64,000 nt of DNA from Lama guanicoe (taxonomy: Eukaryota), in contig MU053934.1 of assembly GCA_013239625.1 (NCBI GenBank), forward strand, positions 9,569,352 to 9,633,351, in the 5' to 3' direction. Of this stretch, positions 1-10,394 are shown piece after piece (positions within the stretch are counted from its first letter, which is position 1; each line of letters starts with the position of its first letter). A model generated the notes under the pieces. The model worked only from the letters and a program-made list of their open reading frames with translations, had not been told where the DNA came from and did not search any database. The position numbers and the translations under genes are program-made.

Positions 1-1687
1 GGTCCAGCAGCCAGCTCCACCTGCTGGGCTGGCCTGTCTCATGCCACTGGGGCCGTGGTCAGAACCAGATGGTCCCTGCAGCCTGAGAACATTGCAGTCT
101 TGGGGGCTAAGTCAGGAGCCCAGAGCATGCGCTCAGGGTGCCTCCCCTAGAGTCACTCTGAGATGTTTGGTGGAGCCCTGAGCTGGGCACCAGATTCTTG
201 GCCTGTTTCTTCCCCAGTGATGAAACTAACGGCAGCCAGTCACCCCGCAGGGCAGCTGGGCAGGCATCAGGCTGCCTCTGCACAGAGCTAGGCTCTTCCC
301 ACCCGGACCACTCATCATTGCTGGGGGTGGGGAGAGTATGTCAGAGGAAGACCCTTGGTCACTCTTCCCTCAACCCCATCCCTAGAGGTTGGCTGGCTCT
401 GCCTGGAGAGTCCTTGGGGACCTCCTGGTTCTGTCCACCGACCAGGGAGTCCAAGTAGAAGCAGGGGAGCGGGACCCTGAGACCCTCCCATGCAGATTTC
501 CCTCTGGGACCTTGAGGGAGACAGGCTGCCCATGACCACAGGTTCCTGGGGGGCCAGGCTGTGAGGGGCACTGCTGACTCCACTCCCAGGTGACTGCCCC
601 GTGTTTCCCACTCTGGGTGGACCTGATGTCCCCCTCACTGGCTGAGAGTTCTGGGACTCATTCCAGGGTTCTTCAGGGAGCAGCAGCTGCCCTGATTATT
701 GGGACTGGGCCTGAGGCCACCCTCTGCAGTCGTGCGCACAGGCCAAGCTGGGAGAACCTCAGAGCGAGCCCTCTGCTACCCAGGGCCCATCTGAGGCTCA
801 GTTTCCTCACTATGGAATGGAATCAGTGATCCTAGCTTCCCCGGGCCTATGAGGACCAAATGGTGCAGCCCAGCCTGGTGCCTGCCTGGAGGAGGCAGCC
901 TGCTAGGAGGAGGTGTGGGGTGTCGGAGAGCTCAGAGCTCTTGTACCATCTTACCAGGCAGAAAGCAGAAGGATCTCTCTGCTCAGCTGCCTGTCAGCTG
1001 TGTGACCTTGTGAAGGTCCTGCTGCCCGTCTGGGCCTCAGGCACGGGCACTGGGCCTGTGTGTCCCTCCAGGGTCTGGCTCAACCACCCTTTCCTGGGAG
1101 CCAGGTTCCCTTTAGGAAGGAAGGAACAACATCTGTAGCCTTTCCCCAGACGAGGGACGCCCAGGTCACCCTGGGTGGCAGGACCAGACCAGCCAGAACC
1201 CACCAGGAGGGGTCCCCGTCCGTCCAGTGGGTGGAGGGAGCAGGCCTCAAGACCACGGGATGTCCTGGGGCAGCAGGGAAGCTGTGCTGTCAGAGGGCAG
1301 TGGCCAGGTGGGCACTCGTGGCCCCTTTGGACACATGTTGGCCTCCAACAGAAGACAGTCTTCCTCCCAGTGTCACCAGGGCAGAAGTCCCTCAGGGACC
1401 TCATGGCCACTCCTGTCCAGACGGGAGTGATCCAGTTGCCTGTAACGTTCTCCCCGAAGCCACGCTGCCCTTCTGCCTGCCTCCCTCCCCCTCCCCTCTG
1501 CTTCCTTTTCCCTTTCTGGGTGATGGCTTTCTCCTGGGGGGCTGCTCCTGGGGAGTTTGGGGCTGTGCAGGCCCTCCACGGACTCGCCTGCCAGAGTCCC
1601 CGGCTCCCTGCAGCTCCCCTCCTCCCTCCAGGAGGTACCTCCGGAAGCCACGAAGCCCCTCGCGGCGCCGAGACTGACGGCCCTTTG

Positions 1688-1761
1688 GGGTGAGGTAGTA
1701 GGTTGTATAGTTTGGGGCCCTGCCCTGCTATGGGATAACTATGCAACCTACTGTCTTTCCT
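1688..1761 (+). ncRNA. MIRLET7A3: pre-miRNA let-7a-3 (5p 1691-1712, 3p ~1739-1759)
   Basis: Exact let-7a-5p TGAGGTAGTAGGTTGTATAGTT at 1691-1712, loop TGGGGCCCTGCCCTGCTATGGGATAA characteristic of the a-3 paralog, complementary 3' arm, ~0.7 kb upstream of let-7b. Confidence 0.97.
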
Positions 1762-1844
1762 GAAGTGGCCGTAATGCCGACAGCGGACGGCGCCAGGGCC
1801 CGGCTGGGCGGGGCCGGGTGCACAGTGGCTGCCATGAAGTAAGA

Positions 1845-1950
1845 AATCTGACTGGCCTGGATTCCCACTTGCTGTGTGGCCTGGGGCAGGTTCCCTGACC
1901 TCTCTGGGCTTCAGTTTCCTGATCTGTGAAATAGGACAAGTGAGGCTTGA
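1845..1950. mobile_element. MIR SINE fragment between the two let-7 hairpins
   Basis: MIR core-like sequence cacttgctgtgtggcctggggcagg...ctctctgggcttcagtttcctgatctgtgaaatagg. Confidence 0.65.
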
Positions 1951-2300
1951 GGGAAATACTGGGTGAAGTATCCCAGGAGGGCAGGGCTCAGAGTTGACCT
2001 CTCTCCCCATGCTGTGCTGAGAGCTGATGGGCCCGTCGGGCAGTTTGTGCGGCCCAGCCCCGTCCCCTGCGCCAGGCTCGTGGGCAGCCCCTGGTCTGGA
2101 CTGTGCCCTCAGCTGCATCCCTGTGGCCAGCCCTGGACCACAGGAGGAGGGGTGCCAGCTGAGACTTCACTAGGGTAGCCAGGCGGGAGGTGGAAGAGAA
2201 GAGTTACTCGGACACAGCCTGGCCCCTGATGGGTACAGACCCGCTCCATCCCCAACAACCTCAGGTAGACGGTGTGGAGAACAAGGTGCCGGCTGCATCT

Positions 2301-2395
2301 TCCCTTCTGCCCTGCACTGCCCAGCCCTCCGGCTCAGCTCTGGTGGCTGCGGACCACCCGGCAAGGCCGGGGCCGAGCGCAGGGCGGCCGTGGGG
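2301..2395 (+). other. Sequence homologous to human MIR4763 locus (miRNA status doubtful)
   Basis: tcccttctgccctgcactgcccagccctcc...gctctggtggctgcggacc resembles the recalled human mir-4763 precursor, at the same position just upstream of let-7b; has indels and substitutions. Confidence 0.4.
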
Positions 2396-2426
2396 ACGGC
2401 GGACCCTCCCATAGCCCGGGTGCCGG

Positions 2427-2510
2427 CGGGGTGAGGTAGTAGGTTGTGTGGTTTCAGGGCAGTGATGTTGCCCCCTCGGAAGATAACTATACAACCTACT
2501 GCCTTCCCTG
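2427..2510 (+). ncRNA. MIRLET7B: pre-miRNA let-7b (5p 2432-2453, 3p 2487-2508)
   Basis: Exact let-7b-5p TGAGGTAGTAGGTTGTGTGGTT and let-7b-3p CTATACAACCTACTGCCTTCCC with the typical CAGGGCAGTGATGTTGCCCC..GGAAGATAA loop. Confidence 0.98.
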
Positions 2511-2617
2511 AGGCACCCAGCCGCGACCCCACGGGAGGGCCCGCCCCCACGCTCAGCAGGTGACTCGGGGGCCTGAGCCCCAGGCCAGGTGGGCGGGAGA
2601 CTGCCCACCTTGATCTC

Positions 2618-2623
2618 AATAAA
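2618..2623 (+). terminator. Polyadenylation signal of the let-7 host transcript
   Basis: AATAAA ~110 nt after let-7b in otherwise very GC-rich DNA, with a downstream GT-rich element at ~2695-2725. Confidence 0.7.
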
Positions 2624-5600
2624 AGCTGTTCTGACGTCAATCTAGAGTCAGCCCCTGTTCATTCTGGGAGCCCGGGGCGGGGCGATGGAGGGCGTGTGTG
2701 TTGCTGTTGGGGTTGTGTGGGGTGGGCATGGCCTGACTGGGCAGCCGTGTCCAAGCTGGGGGTTCACCAGACTTGCCCCTCTGCACCCTAGTCTGCAGTC
2801 CCAGCAACCCTTGGGCCCTCCTGATGGATTGCATCCTGGGACCCAGGCCCCATCCCATCCTCCACCCCCCCACACCCACTTTGAGCACAAACTGTGGGAC
2901 CCAGGCCCCAGAGGCGTCACTTGGCCCCCATGTGAGTGAAGAGGCCCCGCAGGCCCCCACGTGACTGGTGTGGACCCCAGGCAGCAGCTCAGAGCCCAGT
3001 CTAGGGCCCGGCCCCCGAGGTTACCTCAGCCCCCAGTGCCTGACTGGAGCCCGGAAGTTCCCATCTCCCAAGCCCCACTCCCTTAGGATACCTCCCGCAT
3101 CGTCCTCTGGGACCAGGGCAGATGACAAACTTGGGCATTGTCCACCTATTCACCCTGTGGTCAGTGGCAGGTTACACTGGCCTCATGTGTCCCCTGGACA
3201 TCACTTCTGTCCCTCCCCTCTCTCCGTCCCCACTCCAGACCTCAGAGCCTCTTGGAACAGCCCCTTTGCCCTTCTGGGCACTCGGCCCCCTTGGGAGCAG
3301 ACCTGCCCTCACACCTGTGCACACCCTCGCCTGGACCCCTCCCTGCCCCTTCCTGCTCATCATGGCTCTGAGTGCCCAGCCCACTCCTCTGAATGCTCAC
3401 AGCTCAGCACTGCCTTTGGCCACAGTGTCTTATCTGAGCAGACTGTGACCATGGATGCCCCGAATTCAACCTTTCCTCGTGGCAACACCTCTATGCCCGG
3501 CCCTGCAGTCAGAGCTCATGGCCTGGTGGGGAGCAGTCCAGACACACAGTGGCCATCTGTCATGATCAGGGCCATGATGGGGGCACATCAGGGCTGGGAG
3601 AGCCCTGAGGAACCCTGGACCCAGCCCTGCAGTCAGGGGTGCCTTCCTGGAGGAGGTGACACCTGGTTCACCCTGGGACCCTCTCCACCTTCCAGCAAAC
3701 CAACTTCCAGTCTCTCCACTGTCACCAACTGGCCATTCCTAGAGACTGGGTGTCGGAACCTGCCCAAACGTGGGCCTGAAGGGGATGGGGCCAGGGTGCC
3801 ACCCATCACCTGGTCATCAGCAACGTGCGGAAGCAGTTTAATCCCAGAACAAACTGGATGAAGCTGTTAGTCGGGTCAAAGCAGCTAATGTGTTTGTGAG
3901 GCCCTGCCAGGTGGCAGAAAGGGCTCCAGCTTTGGGGACAGAGGCCCAGGGCCGTTGCTCTACTCAAGAAACCTCAACTCCCCCCCAGCTTTATAGGGGG
4001 CTGTGTGGGGTGTCAGGAGACAGCAGTTCAGAGAGTTCAGCTGAGGGTGTGTGCTGGCGGCACCACAGGGAGGGAACACAAGAATGGCCGGGGGGGCCGA
4101 TGGGCCAGACCTGAGCCCTGGTTTGTGGCTGGGCGCCTGGTGCCCCCTGCTGCCTATTCAGGGAGTGGCTCCTGGCCCAGCTTGGGCCCTGGGTCTAATC
4201 AACAGTTGAGCAGAGTGGAGAGCCGACTCGGGGCCCCCAAAGCTTGCCCCCTACCAAAACTATGAGCTCTGGTCCATGGGCCAGGACCATGGTCAGACAC
4301 GAGGACCAGTCAGCTTTATAACAGCTCAGCTGAAGTCGAGGGGGAAAGTGAGGGATTGGGACCTTGGAGGTGGCCCCCGTCCCCAAGTGTGCAGGAGCCA
4401 GGCCTCCACAGACCCCTCCCAGCCGAGGCTGGCCACCAAGGAGTGTCTGTGTTCTACAGGAGAGACATTGTGTCACTGTTCCTCCTGGGAGGTGACTCCT
4501 CAGAGAGACTTGAGGGACTTCTGGGGTGTCCAGGGTGGGCCTTTTGAGAGACAGTGAGCCTTAGGGGCCACCTCTGACCTTGGACCTCCTGGGAGAGGTG
4601 GCAGAGCCAGCCCAGCATTTGGACCCTGCAGTCCCGAGCTGAGCCAGGGCCCACCTAGCCACGTGAGCACCAAGTGAGGGGGCCGGCACGCAGGGCCAGG
4701 ACTAGGAGGAGGTGGCCGAGGCCCAGCATCCCAGGGAGCCACCGGTCTCAGGGTCACATGGCACAGCCAGCCTGTCCCTCAGCATGCTGGGCACAGAGCC
4801 AAGGCCCACATGCTGTCAGGGGCCCATGAAGCAGTTTCATTTCAATTCCTTTTCAAATCTGGAGGAAAAACGAATACAACAGTGTTGACCACATGTTACA
4901 CGTTAGCGTATACAACTGACATCGGAACGTGTGTAACTCCGTGTGCTGAGGGACCGACGGTGTCTGCGGTGATGAGCCCAGCCTGGGTTCTACTGGGCTT
5001 CACCCAACCTGGTCATAAAGCACATTCTGTCATCTGCTTTATGGGGGAAGCACCCAGGAAGGCGGAGTGCCCCCCACCCCCCACCCCCAGTCGGTCTGGG
5101 CCCAGCCTGCAATCCTGGCCGCTGCTCTGCCTCCCCGAGAGGGTGAGCGCCTCCTTCAGTTCAGTGTCTTGGGCGCCTCACTGGCCCTGGGTCCAACTCT
5201 GCTGTCATCCCCCTGGTCCCCCCTTCCTCCGCCAACCAGAGGGAGGCCTGGCCTAGGCCAGCTGGGCAGCCCCTGCCATCGGACTGTGCATTTTCCGACA
5301 GCGACGCCGTGTGGCAGCAGGAGGCAGTGGCAGCTGTGAGCTGTGAGCCGCCAAGCCCTGCCCACCACCCACCACAGGCTGGGGGCCCAAAGCCCTGGAA
5401 GGGGATGGATGACCCCTCCTGGGCCGGAAGCTTCGGGTTCAAAGTCAACCCTGGTGAGAGGGCCCCAGGAGTGCTTTCTGCTTCTCTGGTGTATGGGGCC
5501 TGAACTGCAGATTGATAACTGAGCAGCCCTTATCCCGCGCCCCCTGCCGGCTCCTTCATGCTCTGGATGTACCTCTGCCATCGCCCCAGGTGACAGCTGG

Positions 5601-8600
5601 CAACGTCCTGCCCACCATCGGCATCTCGAGCCCCCATCAGCACACCCTCCTCATGGCCACACCCACAACAAACCTGTGAGGGGCAGGCCCCACCCTCCGC
5701 CAGGAACTCAGACCCACCTCTGTCCCTAGGGACCATCCACTGGCTTTGGGCAGGAAGGAAGACCTTCCCCAAGCCTGGGAGGTTAGGGGCACTGGTGCGA
5801 AGGCAGGGTCTTGCTCTTGCTGTGTGCCCGTGGCTCCCTGCAGAGACTTCATGCCCGTCAGTGTGGTTTAGCAGAGCCAGGGCTCCCTGGTGCTGTTTCT
5901 CCTGCATCAGGCAGGGTCTGAGGGACCAGGTGGCCCAGGGGCCCAGGGGCCTGGGGGAGTCCCCATGTCAGCTGGATGAACATGCTGAGCTCAGCCTGTC
6001 TCTCTCTAAAAGGACAGGGGTGGCACCAGCCAGGTTATCCATGTCAGACCCTGGACAATTAGAGGGCTGAGATGTACCAGGAGGGGAGGGCCTTCAGGTC
6101 TGGCCTGCTCAAGGGGCTCCAATCGCAGCACAGCCCCAGCTGTTCCGAAGCCTGAGGCCAACTCTTTCCCAGCTGCCAGCTTGGTGACCCAAGTTCATCA
6201 TCCATACTGATACCAGCCAGTGCCCCTGACCCCAGTACTCTCGTGGCCTCTGAGCTGCCCATTGCCAGAGATGGCCCTAGCCCCAGTGCATCTGCGTGGT
6301 GGCCAGGTCTCTGTGGAAGGGGTGACTTTCCCAGGGATGGGAGTGGAGGGCTCCAGCCATTGGTGTAAATACTGTCAAGTCAGCCCCCACCGGTGATACC
6401 ATGTGCCGTGGGGGAGTCTCTGGTCCTCAGGGAGGGGCTACTATCCTGAGCCCATTTCATGGATGCAGACATTGAGGCTCAGAGAGATGCAGCATCTTTC
6501 CCAAGGCCACACAGCAGGCCAGGGCAGAGCTGGAATGACTACCAGGTCTATTCCAGGGCCTGTAGCTGTCCTGCCTCCCCCGTGGTGTCCTCCTGCCTGC
6601 AGTGGGGGAGAGGGAATGCCTGCAGGGAAGGGACAGGTGGAGCTCTGGAATCCCTTTCCTGTGGCCAAGGAAGCCGGCTAGACCCAGGGCCCTGCCAGGT
6701 GCCTCAGCCGCCTGCCTCGCACAAGAGGGTCCACCTGAGCCAGAGCAAAGTAGCCGCCTGCACACTGGACATCTGGCCCCTCTGAAGAAAGCAACTTTTT
6801 CTCCCCTCAGCCCTGAGCTGGGCTCAAAGATGGTGGGGACTGTTCCTGGTGGGCCTGGACCCCCACCCTCCACCTTCTTCCCAGATCCTGGGGTCTGATC
6901 CTGCCTCCGGCCTAGCCTCAGGCGGTGCGGCCGGCTGTGGTGAACTAGACGTGCTGGCCTCTGTGGTCTCTGGGACCCAGTAGCGAAGGGTGGCCTGTCC
7001 CGGAGAAGGCCTCGCCCCTTCCCTGTCCTCCTTCTGCAATCCTCCTCCCCTCCCAGCGCCCCTCCACCACATGGGGCCTCCCCTCAGCACCTTCTTCTGC
7101 TCATTTCCCAGGGCCCCTGGCTCCGTGTGGATGTTCTGTCCCCACAAGAGGCAGGGAGGACCAAGCAGCTGGCCTGTGGTCTGGGAGCCTCAGGGCCCAG
7201 GCAGCAGCCACTGGAAAGGATGCAAAGGCCTGAGGAGGGGGAGGCAGAGCGAGGGGACAAATGGAGGGGGGGACCTGGGGAGGAAAGGAGGAGTGGGGAA
7301 AGCCACCTCAGCAAGGGGGGGCCGGTTCCAGGAAGGGGGCGCCAGGGAGCCCATGATGGTCAGGCTGAGGGGGGAGTGGGGAGAGGAGAGTGAAGGCCGC
7401 CACCTGGAGGGAAGGGGTGAAGGAGGAAGGGCCAGGGGCCGGCCTGGGCAGGTGGGGTCCTCGTGGGAGGAGGAGGCACCTGCAGGAGGGTGCCCACTGT
7501 GTAGCAGACAGGGAACTGGGTAGCAGCCAGCAGGACCCCCTTCTCAGTGGCGGGGATGTGCTCAGGGAGTGTGGGGGCGGGTGGGGACGCGGCGGGCCCA
7601 GGGGTGAAGGCCTTGTCTGCAGGGGTCCCTGGAGGCCCAGGAGCCTCAACAGCCCGAGGGCCCGGCCAGATGGCCCACCGCCCAGAGGGGACAGAGGCTT
7701 CAGGCAGCAGCCAGTGGGGACCTCCAGGAGGCTGGGGATCAGGGGAGGGACCCTGCAACCAGCTTGGTCCCTGAAACGCCATGGAGGGGGCCCAGCGTGT
7801 AGCTGAAGGAACACACGGTCAGGAGACCACCCAGCGGAAGTCCAGGCTCAGCCACACACCAGCTGTGTGGCGGAGGGCAAGCCCCTGGCCCTCTCTGAAC
7901 CCATCTCCTCACTCAGGCTGAGGATAAGAAGACTGGCCCTTGCAGGTCCTGTAGGGTTCATGGACAGTGAGCACTGGCCAGGTAAGCAGGCTCCACGGGG
8001 TGAGGAGACGAGGGTCCGGCGCTTCTGGACGAGCCAGAACCCATGGCCTCCCATGAAGGCCCCACGGCCTGCCTCCCCCAGACAGCCAAGAGGCTGCCCC
8101 ACCCCCAGGCCGGCAGCACTGCACTGCTCCCTGTGTCTCTCTGTCCTCTCTCCAGCTCACTTTCTTCCCTCCTTGGAGCTGTCATTACCCTCCAGCCAAA
8201 GGAAACTGGGGGACACCTGTGGTGGAACAAGGGGTTCGTTGGTCTTTGCAACCAGAGAACCATGGGGCGTCTCAACAGTAGGTGCGCTGGGTGCAAGGCG
8301 GGTCTGAGGGGCGGCTGTGCTCTGGACCAGAAGCTGTCAGGAAGGGGGCTGACGACGATGGCCTGTCCTAAACTCTGTGGGCGGCGGGGGGGCGGGGCTG
8401 GAGCCAGCGGCGGCTGTGAGTTGCCAGGGAAGCAGCGGCCACTCCCATCATCTGGAAGGGGGAGGTTTAAACACTTTATGTGGCCCAGGCGACGTCCAGG
8501 CTGTCGTCTGTGTTCCAGGATTACCAGGGCAGGTGTTGGTGATCTGTGATACCGTTTGTGTCCACAGGAGGACACCCAGGCCCAGCTGATGTCCCAGGCT

Positions 8601-10375
8601 GCTCCCGGCTACCAGGGCCTCTTTCTCTCAGCACCACCAGCCGTGTTCCTTATCCAGGTGGGTGTGGTCCATCCCCTGCCCCACAAGGCTCTGGGCTCCA
8701 GGGGCTGTGTCCCTCGTTTCTGCAGCCTCCCAGCCCCTAGCCCAAGGCCTGGTGCAGAGGGTGTTTAATAAATGCCTACTGAGTGAACAAGCGAATTAGC
8801 ATGAACACAGGCAGGTGGGGCGAACCCAGCACCATAAGGGAAACTGGCCGGAGAAGCAGTGGCACAGGTGGGCAGTAGGAAGCAGCACTGGGGACCCCAA
8901 ACATCCAGGCTGAGGAGGGTGCTGGCTGTCCCCTGTAAAAGTCCCTGAGATGCTCTTGGACTCAGGGGGCTCCTTGGATGAACACACCCAGAGCTGCTGC
9001 CCACAGTGCTCGCTTTTGGAGTCACACAGCTGTGAGCCCATTAAAGGTTCTGACCAAGGCCTGCAGAGAGGAGACACCTGTTTGACTTGATTTAACTTGC
9101 AGTTTCCCAGCCAGGCCTGACCACACCAGCCCAGCCAGTCAAGTCATACCAGTGGCCATTCCACAGAACAGGAGCACGGCCTAGCTGCTCTGCATTTGCC
9201 AAAGGTCCCTCTGGCTGCCATGAGGGGAGAGGGCCTTGGGGAGGCAGCGGGCCCTAGGAGGCGGTGGCCACTGGGCTCAGGCCAAAGCAGATGTGCTTGG
9301 ACCATGGTGGTAACCCAGGAGAGCTTTGAAGTGGGTGGGTTTGAGAAACATTGGGAGGTGAAGCCAAAGAGACACCAACCAAAGGCTGACTAGGGCAGAG
9401 GTGGGGAGTGGCAGGGGAGGCCCAGGCCTCCGGGTTGGTGGGCGGACACCTAGTGAAGCAGAGGAGCCAGGCTGGGAACAGGCACAGAGCAGGTGAGGTT
9501 TGGGACAAGCCCCATGTGAGGTGTTCTGGGGACTGACCTGGGGGACCCCACTTGAGCTGGAGGCTGGTCCATGCGGCCAGCCCAGCCACTGTGCCCCCAC
9601 CCTCCCTACACACCTGCCCAGGGCACCCGAGAGAGATCCCCGGGCTTCCTGGGCCCTTGGGGTCAGGGAGTTTTCAGCACGCCCTGCCCCCATGGCCACA
9701 GCAGTGGGAACAGCAGCAGGGGTGGGGCCCAAGGACCCAGGCCCAGCGGGTCCCAGGACAGAGCTTAGAGCCGGGTAGTGAGTCATGGTGGTCTGAGAAG
9801 GCCCAGGGCAAGACAGGAGCTGACGCACAGGGCTTCTGTTCTCAGATAAGGCCCTCTTCCTGATAGAGTCCAGGCGGCCACTTTGCTCCCGCTAAGGTGG
9901 ACACTCAGGAGCGAGGCAGGCGGGCCTCTTCGCCTGTGGTCACGAGGTTGGAGGGGTTTCCTGCTGGTTTCCCAGCCAACAGTGGGCTCTGAGAAGGGTG
10001 CTGGGGACAGCAGGGTGGGGGTCTCGGCTTGGCCAGGGCAGACAGACCAGACCCACCGGCAGCAGATGGCTCAAGCTGGGCTGTAACCTGAGTCCCTGCA
10101 GGGCTGGGCCGGGCTCCCCATGCTCTCTAAGCCACTTTAGCTGGGCCACCGGGCCACTGGGCCAGGGGCCCTGAGCACAACCAAAGAGGAAATGGGCACT
10201 GGGCCGGTGCCAGGAGCCTCGCCTCCCTGAGGGACCCACAGAGTTCCTGGCTCTTCTGTGAGCTCAGTTTCCCCACGTGCATGCGAGGAGAACCTGGACT
10301 TGAAGGTCCAGGACCTGCAGCTGTGTGCTCAGGATGGGCTGTCTCTGGTCCAGCCTCTGAGGTGAGGCCCAGACT

Positions 10376-10394
10376 GACCACCAGGTGGCGCCCT
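10376..10394 (+). promoter_or_regulatory. Candidate CTCF binding site
   Basis: GACCACCAGGTGGCGCCC is a near-consensus CTCF core motif; motif only. Confidence 0.5.

Larger units (their letters stand above)
1..2645 (+). ncRNA. MIRLET7BHG: 3' portion of the let-7a-3/let-7b host pri-miRNA transcript (5' end lies outside the window)
   Basis: Two let-7 hairpins on + strand followed by AATAAA (2618-2623) and a GT-rich tract (~2695-2725); order let-7a-3, let-7b, PPARA matches known eutherian synteny. Extent inferred. Confidence 0.6.

Noticed and set aside
994..2118. 374-aa minus-strand ORF overlapping let-7a-3
   Set aside because: Low-complexity P/G/R/A-rich translation, crosses a MIR and a miRNA hairpin, no recognisable domain; expected by chance in stop-poor GC-rich DNA.
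2968..3861. 297-aa ORF downstream of let-7b
   Set aside because: Non-ATG start, no domain similarity recognised, GC-rich composition explains its length.
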